From: a virus | Direction: 5' to 3' (one strand) | Length of the DNA: 64,000 bases | Virus record (IMG/VR): IMGVR_UViG_3300037307_000721 | Part shown: one piece after another, positions 51,795 through 61,538 of the stretch | Numbering within the stretch: position 1 is the first letter of the stretch | Layout of the letters: each line of letters begins with the position of its first letter | Notes under the pieces: model-generated | Database searches by the model: none | The model's input: the letters and a program-made list of their open reading frames with translations, nothing else | Told to the model about the DNA's origin: nothing | Translations under genes and position numbers: made by a program

Positions 51795-53330
51795 TCAACC
51801 GATGATGGACAGCCTGGTGGTCATGCCCTCGCCGTCGTTCCACTCCTCATCTTCCTCCTCGCCGCGGACCGAGCGCAAGGCCCGCACCGCGTAGGCGAAG
51901 GAGTCGCCAAGGTCCTTGTCGGCCGCGGCCGCGAAGGCAATGAGCTGTCCGATGAGGTCTCCACGGCGGGCCACGTCCGGATTGGTCTGCGGGTCGAGGT
52001 CCGGGTTGAAGTAGATGCGTTCGGCCTCGAACATGGGCAAGGTCTCCATGAGCCGGAGCTCCTTGCTCTTGTTGCCCGGGCGAACCGGGTAGATGGGTAG
52101 CGGGGTCTCGGCGCTCTCGAACAGGTACTCCCGGAGGGCTTGCTGGTAGCCGGTTTCCTCGATGACGATCATGTCGGGGCGCCACTTGCGCGCCTCGTTC
52201 TTGAGCGCGTCCGCTTGCTCGGTGAAGCCCAGCCTGAAGTGCCAGGCATCGGCGACGAAGACAAGGTTGCGCTCGCGGCTGTAGAGCACGGTGACACAGG
52301 CGAAGTAGGAGCTCTGCCGCTTCTCGGTGATCGCGAGGTCGTAGGCCTGCACGCAGAAGAGCGTGCGTGGGTCGCCGAGCATGTTCGCGTCGTAGAAGCG
52401 AATGTGCTCCGGTTTGACGATGGTGATCGCGTTCGAGAGGGTCTTGCACCGGTAGGCCCGGTCGTACTCGAGGGGACCGACCTCGCGCCGCAGGCGCATG
52501 AGCGCCTTGCGCCCCCAGCGGGACGGCCAGAGCGGAACGAAGGGGTCCTCATCGGTGCCGACCGCGAAGACGACGGCCTTCCACTCGGGGTTCTTGCGCA
52601 ACGAGGAGACGACGTCGCCCTCGTGGTGCGGCGTCGCGATGGAGATGGCGCTGCCGTCCTCCTCGAGCATCGGGAGGATTTCGGCATAGACCTTCTTCTT
52701 GATCGACTCGCGGTGCTGCGGGTAGATGAGCGCGGTACGGAAGTCGGAGATGTCGTCGAGGATGACCAAGTCGGCGCGACCGCCCTCGACCGAGCCCATG
52801 ATGCCAGAGGCCTCGAGGCTCGGGTCCTTGGAGGGCACCTCGCGATCGATCTGGATGGCCGACTTGTGCCACACGCCCTTGGGCGCAGGGTGCAAGTTCG
52901 GGAAGACGAGCTGGACCAGCTTGTTCGTCTTGATCATGTCGGAGATGAGGGTCAGGCGCTCTCTGGCCTTCTCGTCCGACTGGGTGAAGAGCTTGATGCG
53001 TACATTCGGATCGGTGCCCAGCCGCCAGAGCAGGTAGCCGAGCACGATGGTCGTCTTGCCGTGAGACTTCGCGGCTTCAATCTGGACGCGCCGGCTGTTC
53101 TGCATGAGCTCGAGCCACTCGCGGTGGAAGGGCTCGAGCTTGACCTTGGTGCCCTTGGGCGTGCGCCAGACGAACTCGATGAAGGCGGCGGGGTCGGCGC
53201 GCGCCTCCAGGATCTGCTGCTTCAGCCGGGCGGCCGCGGCCAGCATGAGCCGGCTTCGACGGGCCTCCACCTCCTTGGGGGCGAGGTCCTTTCGGCCGTC
53301 AGGTCGCGGTTCGGACTCGGTCATCTCCAC
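51795..53330 (-). CDS. terL: terminase large subunit
   Basis: AAKSHGKT Walker A, LVILDD Walker B, IATPHH, PLWP.RW, nuclease QAYDLA...VIE...DLGDSFAYA. Confidence 0.9.
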   Translation of the reverse strand: MEMTESEPRPDGRKDLAPKEVEARRSRLMLAAAARLKQQILEARADPAAFIEFVWRTPKGTKVKLEPFHREWLELMQNSRRVQIEAAKSHGKTTIVLGYLLWRLGTDPNVRIKLFTQSDEKARERLTLISDMIKTNKLVQLVFPNLHPAPKGVWHKSAIQIDREVPSKDPSLEASGIMGSVEGGRADLVILDDISDFRTALIYPQHRESIKKKVYAEILPMLEEDGSAISIATPHHEGDVVSSLRKNPEWKAVVFAVGTDEDPFVPLWPSRWGRKALMRLRREVGPLEYDRAYRCKTLSNAITIVKPEHIRFYDANMLGDPRTLFCVQAYDLAITEKRQSSYFACVTVLYSRERNLVFVADAWHFRLGFTEQADALKNEARKWRPDMIVIEETGYQQALREYLFESAETPLPIYPVRPGNKSKELRLMETLPMFEAERIYFNPDLDPQTNPDVARRGDLIGQLIAFAAAADKDLGDSFAYAVRALRSVRGEEEDEEWNDGEGMTTRLSIIG

Positions 53331-53333
53331 GGC

Positions 53334-54182
53334 TCATGCTCCCAGGCCGGCCAGGGCCGGGAGGAGCCGTCCCTCCGGCTCCTCCAGGCCCTCCACGTCG
53401 TCCGAGTCCTCCGGGTCCTCCTCGTAGCCTTCGGCCTCGTCCTGGCCGTCCTGGGCGTCCTGGGGGGCTTCCAGCACGTCCTCCGTGCCGGCGCTCAGCA
53501 GCGCACGCTGCTCGGCCTTCGACTCCTCCGAGACGGCCTCGATGACCCGCTTGCGCTGGTCCAGGATGCGGCTCGGCAGCTCTCCAGTGGTTACAACCAC
53601 TTCGAGCTCGGAGTCGTTACAGCGCTCGAGCAGGATACCGATCTGGATGCCCAGGACCTGCTCGGGCTTGCCCATCTGCATTTGCTCGATCTTCATGGCC
53701 TTTTCGAGCGTGGCGTTCGACGACTCCATGGTGCGCACCAGCTGGTAGACGAGCTTCGGAGTCACGTCTTCCACCGAGAGCTCGACGTTGTTCAGCAGGC
53801 CTAGAACTTTCTCCGCGTACTGGTGCGCGAGCTGGGCGGACTGGATGGCTGACTTCATGGCCAGGCGGGCCGCCATGGCCTCCTCCGCGGCCTGGCGCGC
53901 GGCCTCGCCCTTGGTGATGGCGGCCTCTTCCCAGCTCTCGCGCAGGACGGCCATCTCCTTGTGCACGGTCGTGCCCGAGCTCATGAGCTCGATGAAGGGG
54001 GGCAGGCTCAGGTCGGGCCAGCCCTCCATCACCGCGCGGCGGGCGATGCGCTTGCCGACGCCGCCGGCGGCCATGACGCTCTTGATGGTCGGGCGCTCAC
54101 GGTAGGCCGCCAGCATCTTGTCCCACTGGCTGCGCGTTACCGAGTAGTTCCGGAGGTTCGGAGAGGATCGCCTTGAGCCCAT
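53334..54182 (-). CDS. probable terminase small subunit
   Basis: directly upstream of terL; N-terminal HTH-like region, central coiled coil, acidic tail. Confidence 0.6.
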   Translation of the reverse strand: MGSRRSSPNLRNYSVTRSQWDKMLAAYRERPTIKSVMAAGGVGKRIARRAVMEGWPDLSLPPFIELMSSGTTVHKEMAVLRESWEEAAITKGEAARQAAEEAMAARLAMKSAIQSAQLAHQYAEKVLGLLNNVELSVEDVTPKLVYQLVRTMESSNATLEKAMKIEQMQMGKPEQVLGIQIGILLERCNDSELEVVVTTGELPSRILDQRKRVIEAVSEESKAEQRALLSAGTEDVLEAPQDAQDGQDEAEGYEEDPEDSDDVEGLEEPEGRLLPALAGLGA

Positions 54183-54203
54183 CTCGGTCCCTTCTTGCGC
54201 TCG

Positions 54204-54232
54204 AGAATAGCAGGACTAGCAACTACTTACAA
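54204..54232 (-). promoter_or_regulatory. promoter for the terminase genes
   Basis: minus-strand TTGTAA-N17-TATTCT; AAGGGA SD before ATG 54182. Confidence 0.6.
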
Positions 54233-54276
54233 GTGGTCAGTGCAAAATAGCTCGCGCGCCTGGGACATGTTAGGTC

Positions 54277-54305
54277 TTGCAAACTAAGTGCACAAGTGTT
54301 AGATC
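54277..54305 (+). promoter_or_regulatory. possible divergent promoter
   Basis: TTGCAA-N17-TAGATC in an AT-rich intergenic region. Confidence 0.35.
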
Positions 54306-54326
54306 TTACTCCTAGGATACCGAACC

Positions 54327-54656
54327 ATGCAGACGCTGCAGATTGCCAAGATGCCGATTTCACTACGATCACCGAATAGTCCACGGCGCCGGGCGCGGTC
54401 GGAGTCCAAGCTCACCCGCTCCATGCGCGAGAAGGGCTACTTGCTCTGCACCGAGGTCGCCCAGCGGGTGGGCATTCACAAGGCCACCGTCTACCGCTGG
54501 GTGCGCGACGGGCGCGTACGCGCCAAGGACTTCAGCGGGGCCTACTACGTCGAGTGGGCCTCCGTGGTCGAGCACCTCGGAGAGGTGGCCAACGTCCTGG
54601 GCTTCACCAAGGAGGTCCCCGATGGAGGGGATGCGACAGAGCCACAGCCTGACTAA
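54327..54656 (+). CDS. HTH_17/excisionase-like DNA-binding protein
   Basis: LLCTEVAQRVGIHKATVYRWVRDGRVRA. Confidence 0.8.
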   Translation: MQTLQIAKMPISLRSPNSPRRRARSESKLTRSMREKGYLLCTEVAQRVGIHKATVYRWVRDGRVRAKDFSGAYYVEWASVVEHLGEVANVLGFTKEVPDGGDATEPQPD

Positions 54657-54891
54657 CCGGGTCTGGGGACTCGTGCGCTTCCTGCTCTCGTTGATGGTCA
54701 GCTTGCTGGCGCTCGGGCTCCTGGTGTTCGCCCTGGCAACGCTCAGCTGGCCTTTCGCCCGGTACGCCCTGGGCGAGAAGCTCACCTTCGCCCAGGTCGC
54801 CGCGGGCATCCTGGTGCTGTTGATCGCCCAGTCGCCCCTCTTCGTGCTCGTCGTCACCAGATTGCCTCGGACAAGCGGGAGGCTGCCGTGA
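54622..54891 (+). CDS. two-TM membrane protein, holin candidate
   Basis: AAGGAGG SD; two hydrophobic helices, basic N- and C-termini, tandem Met (54622, 54631). Confidence 0.5.
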   Translation: MEGMRQSHSLTNRVWGLVRFLLSLMVSLLALGLLVFALATLSWPFARYALGEKLTFAQVAAGILVLLIAQSPLFVLVVTRLPRTSGRLP

Positions 54892-55235
54892 GCGACGACT
54901 ACGGCGCCTACCTCGAGGGCATCGTCAACGACATGCGGCAGACCCGGGACGCGCGGCGGATGGCGGCCACCATGCTCAAGCAGTGGAACGCCGGGCTCGT
55001 GCCCATGCCGCAGCGCCTGGCCGAGCTCCGCAAGCTGCTCGATCGGAGCAACATCTGCGGGCGGCTGCGCGACGACGGCACGTGCCCCTGGCTGCGCAAG
55101 TTCGCGCACCTCGAGGGCCTGCCGCTGCCCGACCCGGGCGGCAAGATGTACTGCCACCGAAAGCTGGACGGTACGGACGTCGAGCGCTACGATGCCTGCA
55201 CCGGCTACGTCCGAAAGAAGGACTACATCGCATGA
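54888..55235 (+). CDS. hypothetical Cys-containing protein
   Basis: GTGA coupling. Confidence 0.65.
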   Translation: MSDDYGAYLEGIVNDMRQTRDARRMAATMLKQWNAGLVPMPQRLAELRKLLDRSNICGRLRDDGTCPWLRKFAHLEGLPLPDPGGKMYCHRKLDGTDVERYDACTGYVRKKDYIA

Positions 55236-55504
55236 AGACCTTCGAGCTCGAGATCTACGTGGTCGATGAAGCCGGCCAGCCACATAAGCAGGCCGGGACC
55301 ATCAGCATCACCGCCTCGGACGTCGAGGCCGCGGGGCTCAAGGCGCGCACGAAGATCGCCGAGAAGAACTTGCCGTCCCTGCGCTCGCTCAACTTCACCC
55401 CAGACAACAAGATCGTTGCCTACTGCGGCGAGAAGCGGCAGCGGCCGGCGGACGCACGCGAGCGTCGGGTTTGGCGACGTCCGGCGGGCGTCAAGAAGCT
55501 ATAG
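55232..55504 (+). CDS. hypothetical protein
   Basis: ATGA coupling. Confidence 0.65.
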   Translation: MKTFELEIYVVDEAGQPHKQAGTISITASDVEAAGLKARTKIAEKNLPSLRSLNFTPDNKIVAYCGEKRQRPADARERRVWRRPAGVKKL

Positions 55505-55507
55505 ACC

Positions 55508-55912
55508 ATGAGCAGCGCTTCGCTTCTGCAGACACTCTTGCAAAACTACGCAGATCAGTCTGGCGATCTGGACCTGCGCACTTTCATCGGCACGCCCGGC
55601 TACCGGATCGAGGTGCGCAACGAGACGGTAGACACCGGCCAGGGCTACACCGAGCCGGCTTTCGTCCCGGGTCTGCTCCAGTCAATCGGTAGCATGCTCG
55701 ATCGCGTCCGACAGGACGAGTTCGACGTCACCAACCCACTCGGGCAAAGCGCGTTCACCCTGACCTATGCACCGCGCGGCGCTTCGCACCTCCTCGTGTT
55801 TCAGGACGGAGCGCTGCTTCGAAAGACGGCCTGGTCTCTGGCGGGAACGTCGCTGACCCTGGCGACGGCCGCCCCTATGGGCGCTTGGCTGCTTGCCTGC
55901 TACTGGTACTAA
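55508..55912 (+). CDS. protein with a virion-type beta-repeat module
   Basis: FTLTYAP...LLVFQDGALL...WSLAGTSLTL..A...G..L.A.Y, a pattern seen in tail and structural proteins. Confidence 0.5.
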   Translation: MSSASLLQTLLQNYADQSGDLDLRTFIGTPGYRIEVRNETVDTGQGYTEPAFVPGLLQSIGSMLDRVRQDEFDVTNPLGQSAFTLTYAPRGASHLLVFQDGALLRKTAWSLAGTSLTLATAAPMGAWLLACYWY

Positions 55913-55918
55913 GATGGC

Positions 55919-58117
55919 CTACGGCAGGCTCCAAGCCGTGCCGCGCGCGCTCCAGTTGAGCAGCGCCACGGACTTGCTGCTGGCGCCGGCGTTGACGATG
56001 TGCGCATAGAGCCGGAAGCCGTCCGAGTGTGACTTGCCCGACGCCGGGGCCCAGGTCTGCCAGCTCCCGCTCTTCCACCAGTACAGATTGGTGTCGCCGT
56101 CCCAGTAGATGTAGAAGGTGGACGTGGAGCCGGTTGTGACGGCAATGCCCGTATTGAGCTCGGCGTGCCCGGCCGCCTTGTCCGAGATGACGATGTGCCA
56201 GTTGGCGCCCAACGAGGGCGTGAACGAGATGCCGATGAAGTCGTCGAAGCCTGGCTGGAAGCTTGGCAGCAGGGAGTCTGCCTCGCCAGTGACGCCCACG
56301 AAGAGGGTCGTGTCGGTGAGATTGTACGGGATGACCGAAACCATGAGCATCAGCGGCTCAAGCGGTCCGATGTTGCCCGGTCCGCCGAGGTACGCGGTGT
56401 CGCCGTAGACGCCGCCCGTGAGCAGCACGAGGCCTTCGAAGGGGTACTTGGATCTGTAGATCTGCGCTCCGGAGCCGACGTAGGCCTGGTTCGGGATGCC
56501 GCCGGTGGTGAGCAGGTTTGCGTTGCGGCGGAAGCCCTGGAAGTTGTCGCTGAAACCTCTCTCCCAGACGACTCCGAACGCATCGAGGCGCTGGACTTCG
56601 ACGCCGTAGCCTCCGTTCCTCTGGCCTGTCAGTGTCCACAGCTCGCGGTTGGGGGTCTCGAGTTTGGACCCGTCCAGCTCGAATGGCTTGTGCCAACCCG
56701 CGTACATCGCCGGCTGGAAGGACGCGCCGTTCTTCAACGTCAGGTACCCATCGTTGGCCATGTTGGCGCACCCGGTCGGGTACGTGGCGCTGATCCCCCA
56801 GATCTGAATCCCGGCGACATCCACCGTGACCGGAGGCGTGACTGTACCCCCGCCACCAACTGCCAGGCTGTTTTTCGCCAGCGTGTTGAAAGAGTTGACG
56901 TCTCCGCCGTGGATCTCGCCCCAGCGCAGGGAGGCGCTGCCCAGGTCGTAGAACATATCCGTGCCGGGCATGAGGTTGCTTTTCAGCGCCCCCTTGGCCT
57001 TGAAGTCGCGCAGGTATGCGTCCCACGAGTACGAGTCGTCGCCGAGCGCCGTGCCGTCCGTGGCAGGCTTCAATGCTCCGCCGATGCCGCTATCGCCCCC
57101 GCGGAAGATGCGTCCATTGAGCGCCGTCAGGATGGCCGTCAGCTGGGACTCCAGCGTGCCTGCGCTGAGGGAAAGCGCCGCCATGGCTGGTATGGCCAGC
57201 GAGCCGGTCTGCGCCTTGGCCCCGATGCGTTTGGCGCCAGCGACTTCGGTGGTGGGCGTCAGGTCGTCGATGATGCCGTCGATCCCCGCCTGCACCGTGG
57301 TCGCGGCTCCCGCGAAGCCACCGGTGCCGTCCGCCCACAGCTTGCCGCCCGAGTAGGTCAGGTCGGCCGCCGGGTGCTGGTCCGCGGTCCCACCCACGTG
57401 GTCGTTGTAGAGTTGCAACATGCTCTTGAGCACGTCGCGGACGGTCTCGCCGGTGATCTGCTTCCCGGGCGAGCCGGAGGCTGTCACGTTGAAGAAGATC
57501 TCGCGCCGTGTGGAGCTGTGCGAGACGTAGGTCACGACACCGCCGACGTTCTTGATCCGAACGTCGGTCACCAGGAGCTTGCCGTCCTGGCGAGCCGGCT
57601 TGTCCGAGTCGAGCAGGTTGCCGATGGTCTTCTCGGCGCCCATGCTGACCTCGTAGTGGAAGGACTCCGTGCGATTGAAGTACACGAGCACGTTGTAGCC
57701 GTCGTAGCGCGGGTCGGAGAGCAAGCGGTCGTAGACGATGAAGATGGTGACCCAGCGCTCGTACCCGTCGCTCGGACTCGTGCTGGTACCTCCGGTGGGC
57801 GTGCCACCGGCGCCGACGGAGGTGGAACCCGTGGCTGACGGCGTGACGATGAGGTAGCCCGCGCCGGCGCCCTGGGCGACGCGGCGCCCTTCGCCGTCGT
57901 AGCCAGCGCCGTTGTCAACCTTCATGTCGAGTCCGGACAGGTGGCTGGCTGCCAGACCCCAGAAGATGCCGCCGAACTCCGCCTCGTTGCTGTCGTCCCG
58001 GCACAGGCCGGTGTCGGAGATGATGGCCCGATCCGCCACCTCGAGCGCGTCGAAAGCGTTATCGAGCTCGTCCTCGAGGACCAGCTGCTCGTAGTACCAA
58101 TCGTAGCGAGTCGCCAT
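55919..58117 (-). CDS. tail fibre / baseplate-distal structural protein
   Basis: 732 aa, Gly/Ser/Thr-rich, follows the tail-protein-I-like gene; AGGAG SD. Confidence 0.7.
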   Translation of the reverse strand: MATRYDWYYEQLVLEDELDNAFDALEVADRAIISDTGLCRDDSNEAEFGGIFWGLAASHLSGLDMKVDNGAGYDGEGRRVAQGAGAGYLIVTPSATGSTSVGAGGTPTGGTSTSPSDGYERWVTIFIVYDRLLSDPRYDGYNVLVYFNRTESFHYEVSMGAEKTIGNLLDSDKPARQDGKLLVTDVRIKNVGGVVTYVSHSSTRREIFFNVTASGSPGKQITGETVRDVLKSMLQLYNDHVGGTADQHPAADLTYSGGKLWADGTGGFAGAATTVQAGIDGIIDDLTPTTEVAGAKRIGAKAQTGSLAIPAMAALSLSAGTLESQLTAILTALNGRIFRGGDSGIGGALKPATDGTALGDDSYSWDAYLRDFKAKGALKSNLMPGTDMFYDLGSASLRWGEIHGGDVNSFNTLAKNSLAVGGGGTVTPPVTVDVAGIQIWGISATYPTGCANMANDGYLTLKNGASFQPAMYAGWHKPFELDGSKLETPNRELWTLTGQRNGGYGVEVQRLDAFGVVWERGFSDNFQGFRRNANLLTTGGIPNQAYVGSGAQIYRSKYPFEGLVLLTGGVYGDTAYLGGPGNIGPLEPLMLMVSVIPYNLTDTTLFVGVTGEADSLLPSFQPGFDDFIGISFTPSLGANWHIVISDKAAGHAELNTGIAVTTGSTSTFYIYWDGDTNLYWWKSGSWQTWAPASGKSHSDGFRLYAHIVNAGASSKSVALLNWSARGTAWSLP

Positions 58118-58126
58118 CTGTAGCTC

Positions 58127-61100
58127 CTATGACACCAGCCGGAATCCGATGAAGTGAGTGTGCGCCGGCCGCATGAATTCGACAATCTGCGTGATGACGT
58201 CCTGCTCGCTCGTGCTCAGGCTCGCCGTGTGGTCGAGGTAGAACGAGTAGCGGACGAACGAGCGAGACGGTCCGATGTACGTGTCCATGCCGAGATAGGA
58301 CCGTCCGAGCTTCCAGGTGTCCGCAGGGATCTCCCAGGGCGTCACGGTCACGCTCTTGGTGGTGAAGAATTCGACCGCGTCCTCGATGCCCTTGGCCGTG
58401 CCGCGCTTCTTGTACATCGGAACCAGGAGCGGGATGAGGTCGCGCTTCTTCTGCACCGTGAGCCCGGCCACGAAGGCGAGCGGATTGCCCAGGTGCTTGA
58501 GTAGCACGTCCACCACGGTCTCTGGCGTGGACACCGGGTCGAGGATGAGTCCGAAGCGATCCACATCGGCGAGCATCACCGTGGACGCCTCGTCGAAGCA
58601 GCGGATGAACTTCTCCAGGTCGCGCGACGAGTCGGCGTCGCGGTTCACCAGCGGCAGCATCTCCCACAGGTCCCATTGGCGCCCGGGGAACGTGGCTGGC
58701 ACCCAGGACGTGAACGGGTACGTGGAGCTGATCTCGTTGCCTCGCTCGTCCTGCACCTTCACGATCTCGAACAGGTAGTTTGCCGAGGGCGTGAGGTCGT
58801 CGTCGAACTTCACGATGAGGAATCGCTTGTCGTTCTCGTACGGAGGAATCGTGAGCGGGTCGGCCTCTTCTGCCGAGACCACGATGGGGCAGAAGATGGG
58901 CTTGATGGTCGGCAGGCTCGGAGCGACGCCGGTGATGCGGAACGGGCTGACGACCAGCGTGGGCTGGATCTCGGTCTGCGGGTCCGCGGGGCTCTCGTCC
59001 ACCAGCGTGCTGTCCACGCGGACCAGGCTGTTGGAGATTCGCTCGAGGATGACAAAGGCGCCGTTGTTGAGCGCGTTGCGCGCGCCCCGCGAGCCGATGA
59101 ACATGCCCACCTCGTCGCGGACGAAGCTCGCGACCGGGGCCTCGATGACGTTGTCCTTCCAGATCGGCGAGGACTCGGTGCCGATGTTGTAGCGCCGGTA
59201 GTAGGCCACGCGGCCCGACACATCGCGCGTGTAGAGCACAGAGGTCGGACTCGTGTCGTCCTGCTCCATGGGCTCGGAGAACTCGAGTCGCAGCGTCTTG
59301 GGCGCCCAGGGGATGATCTCCTCGACGTGCGGCCGCAGGTAGTCCTCGACGAAGAACTCGTGCTTGGCCTCCGTCTCGATGGCTCCGCTCTGGCGAGTGG
59401 CGACGATGCGACAGCGCATTCGCGCGTCGGACACGAAGTCGGTCGTGTGCTCGAGCAGGACCTGCCACACATCCGGGTTCGGCGCTCCTGGGGAGGCGAT
59501 GATGGACTGCGTGACCGACCAGCCAGTTGCCAGGTACGAGGTCACGCCGTTGAAGGCCTGGAAGATCAGCGTCTCGACGCCCTGGAGCCAGAGGTAGACG
59601 AAGAGGTCCGAGAAGTCGGGGTCGTCGGCACTGCTGATGACGTGGAACTCAATGGGCTGGAGGCGCTCGGCCTCGTCGTAGTTGGTGGAAGCCAGCGCCG
59701 TGGAGAAGCCCAGCGCGGTCAGCGTGTCCGAGTGCACTCGGATGTCGGGTGCGGCGAACTGGGTCAGCCCTCCGTCGGACACGTTGACGGGCTCCAGCCT
59801 GACCTGCCGCCCGTCGATCGTGATGCGAGCGTGCAGGTACGCGAAGCCTTCGGCGTTGATCAGGTCCACGAGCTCCTGCGCGGACACGTTGTTCATGTCC
59901 GGGAAGTCGCCCGCTTCGAACTCGATCTCGTAGACTGTGTCCTCGTAGATCCCGCCCCACCAGTCCCCCATGAAGTTCGCTGGGCCTTCGTCGGCGGCCG
60001 GCTCCTGGCCGACCAACACGTCCTGCGGCCCGATGTAGGACTCGATGGTGTAGTCGCGGTTGTTGGCGCCGTTCGTGCAGCCCGGGATGCGAAGCGTGCG
60101 GCCTTCGTCGGCGCTGGTGAATGCGCCATTCTCCAGGTGCACGATCCGGGTGGCCTTCGTGATCGTGTCGTTGCTGGTGCCGGTGATGATTCGCTGCGGA
60201 ACGAGCGAGACCTCGACCTTCAATAGGGAGCCAACCGGGATGTGGAACGGCTGCTGGGCCGATTCGACACCGCCAGGCACCGACGGCGCGGGCGTGCGGT
60301 TGCAGATGTAGGGGTCCGGATCGGTGCCGCCAACGGCGGGGATCTCGACTCGGTCGATGTACATTGCGCCGAGCGGACAGCGAACCTCCACCTCCTGCTC
60401 GGCGGTGTAGAAGATGTAGCTCGTGTCGAGCACGCCCGGAGGCGACGATAGGTCCTCGGCGTAGACCTCGATCTCCACCGGCGACCAGTCGGGCAGGATG
60501 CCGAGTGGGTCGATGACGTAGCGGAACCCGTCGGAGAGGACGGTCCGCGTGACGTTGAACGGGCCCTGCTCGGTGTCGTACTGCCAGCAGGTGATGCCGA
60601 GCACCTTGAGGATGACGGAGTTCGCATTCACCCCGTTGCCCGAGTCCTTGATCTCGAGCACGATCGAAGTGCTGGGCGAGACGTCGGTCTGGCCGGGGTA
60701 CGGGTTCTGGTTCCAGACGTAGGGCGGGGTGACCAGCGTGTGGAAGGCCCAGCTGTCCGACAGCGTGTTCTGGATCGTGGCCTGGTCCTTGACCACGTAG
60801 CCGACAGTGACGTCGACGCCCTCCGGGAACTTGGCGTCCCGGTTGAAGGTGTACTTGTAGGCGTAGGGTGCGCCCGGCGGGTCGACAACCTCGACCCCGC
60901 CGGTCCATCCGGGCTGGATGGACTCACCTGACCAGACGAGCTCGCCGTAGATGGTGATCTCGACGGAGCTCAGGTCGATGCCCGTGTAGTCGTCGCGGAA
61001 GTCGAACCAGATCGTGGGCTCGATCGGTATGTTGATCTGCGCCGGGTGCGGATAGGAGTCGTCCAGGTACGGGGGATCGACGTCCGGGAGGAAGCCCTCC

Positions 61101-61537
61101 TCGGTGACGTACTGGATGCCGCTGGGCGTGCCGAAGTAGGAGTACATCACCGTCTGGCTCGTCTGGTAGCCAGGCGAGACGCCCGTGAAGTACTCGAGGT
61201 TGGTCCCGATCAGAACACCGTAGGACGACCGGACTCGCTGGAGAATCTCGAGTGCGTAGGTCAGCGACTCCTGCTGCGACGTGGTCAGGTCTACTTGCGT
61301 CGCGGAGACGATGTCGACGCGAAGCACGGCCAGCGTGACGGCGCCCGAGGTGATGACGTAGTTCGCCGTGTCGCCGAGCTCGGTGTCGACCAGCATGTCC
61401 CGGTCGAAGGTGACTCGCACCTTGCCGGAATCCAGGGCGAGAACGGAGAGGACAGTCGGCGCCCCACTACCGTCTCCGGAGCCGATGTCTTCTGCGTTCA
61501 CGCCCCAGCCGAAGCCGGAGTAGATCTTGAGGGCCAT
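58127..61537 (-). CDS. baseplate / tail protein I-like protein with multiple N-terminal Ig-like domains
   Basis: repeated Ig starts (PTVLSV..VRVTFD, PYVWNQNPYPG..VSPST, PHVEEI..LRLEFSEPM); C-terminal LILDP..VDVLLKHLG..KRDLI..MYKKRGT..GI (P2 gpI-like). Confidence 0.75.
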   Translation of the reverse strand: MALKIYSGFGWGVNAEDIGSGDGSGAPTVLSVLALDSGKVRVTFDRDMLVDTELGDTANYVITSGAVTLAVLRVDIVSATQVDLTTSQQESLTYALEILQRVRSSYGVLIGTNLEYFTGVSPGYQTSQTVMYSYFGTPSGIQYVTEEGFLPDVDPPYLDDSYPHPAQINIPIEPTIWFDFRDDYTGIDLSSVEITIYGELVWSGESIQPGWTGGVEVVDPPGAPYAYKYTFNRDAKFPEGVDVTVGYVVKDQATIQNTLSDSWAFHTLVTPPYVWNQNPYPGQTDVSPSTSIVLEIKDSGNGVNANSVILKVLGITCWQYDTEQGPFNVTRTVLSDGFRYVIDPLGILPDWSPVEIEVYAEDLSSPPGVLDTSYIFYTAEQEVEVRCPLGAMYIDRVEIPAVGGTDPDPYICNRTPAPSVPGGVESAQQPFHIPVGSLLKVEVSLVPQRIITGTSNDTITKATRIVHLENGAFTSADEGRTLRIPGCTNGANNRDYTIESYIGPQDVLVGQEPAADEGPANFMGDWWGGIYEDTVYEIEFEAGDFPDMNNVSAQELVDLINAEGFAYLHARITIDGRQVRLEPVNVSDGGLTQFAAPDIRVHSDTLTALGFSTALASTNYDEAERLQPIEFHVISSADDPDFSDLFVYLWLQGVETLIFQAFNGVTSYLATGWSVTQSIIASPGAPNPDVWQVLLEHTTDFVSDARMRCRIVATRQSGAIETEAKHEFFVEDYLRPHVEEIIPWAPKTLRLEFSEPMEQDDTSPTSVLYTRDVSGRVAYYRRYNIGTESSPIWKDNVIEAPVASFVRDEVGMFIGSRGARNALNNGAFVILERISNSLVRVDSTLVDESPADPQTEIQPTLVVSPFRITGVAPSLPTIKPIFCPIVVSAEEADPLTIPPYENDKRFLIVKFDDDLTPSANYLFEIVKVQDERGNEISSTYPFTSWVPATFPGRQWDLWEMLPLVNRDADSSRDLEKFIRCFDEASTVMLADVDRFGLILDPVSTPETVVDVLLKHLGNPLAFVAGLTVQKKRDLIPLLVPMYKKRGTAKGIEDAVEFFTTKSVTVTPWEIPADTWKLGRSYLGMDTYIGPSRSFVRYSFYLDHTASLSTSEQDVITQIVEFMRPAHTHFIGFRLVS

Positions 61538-61538
61538 G

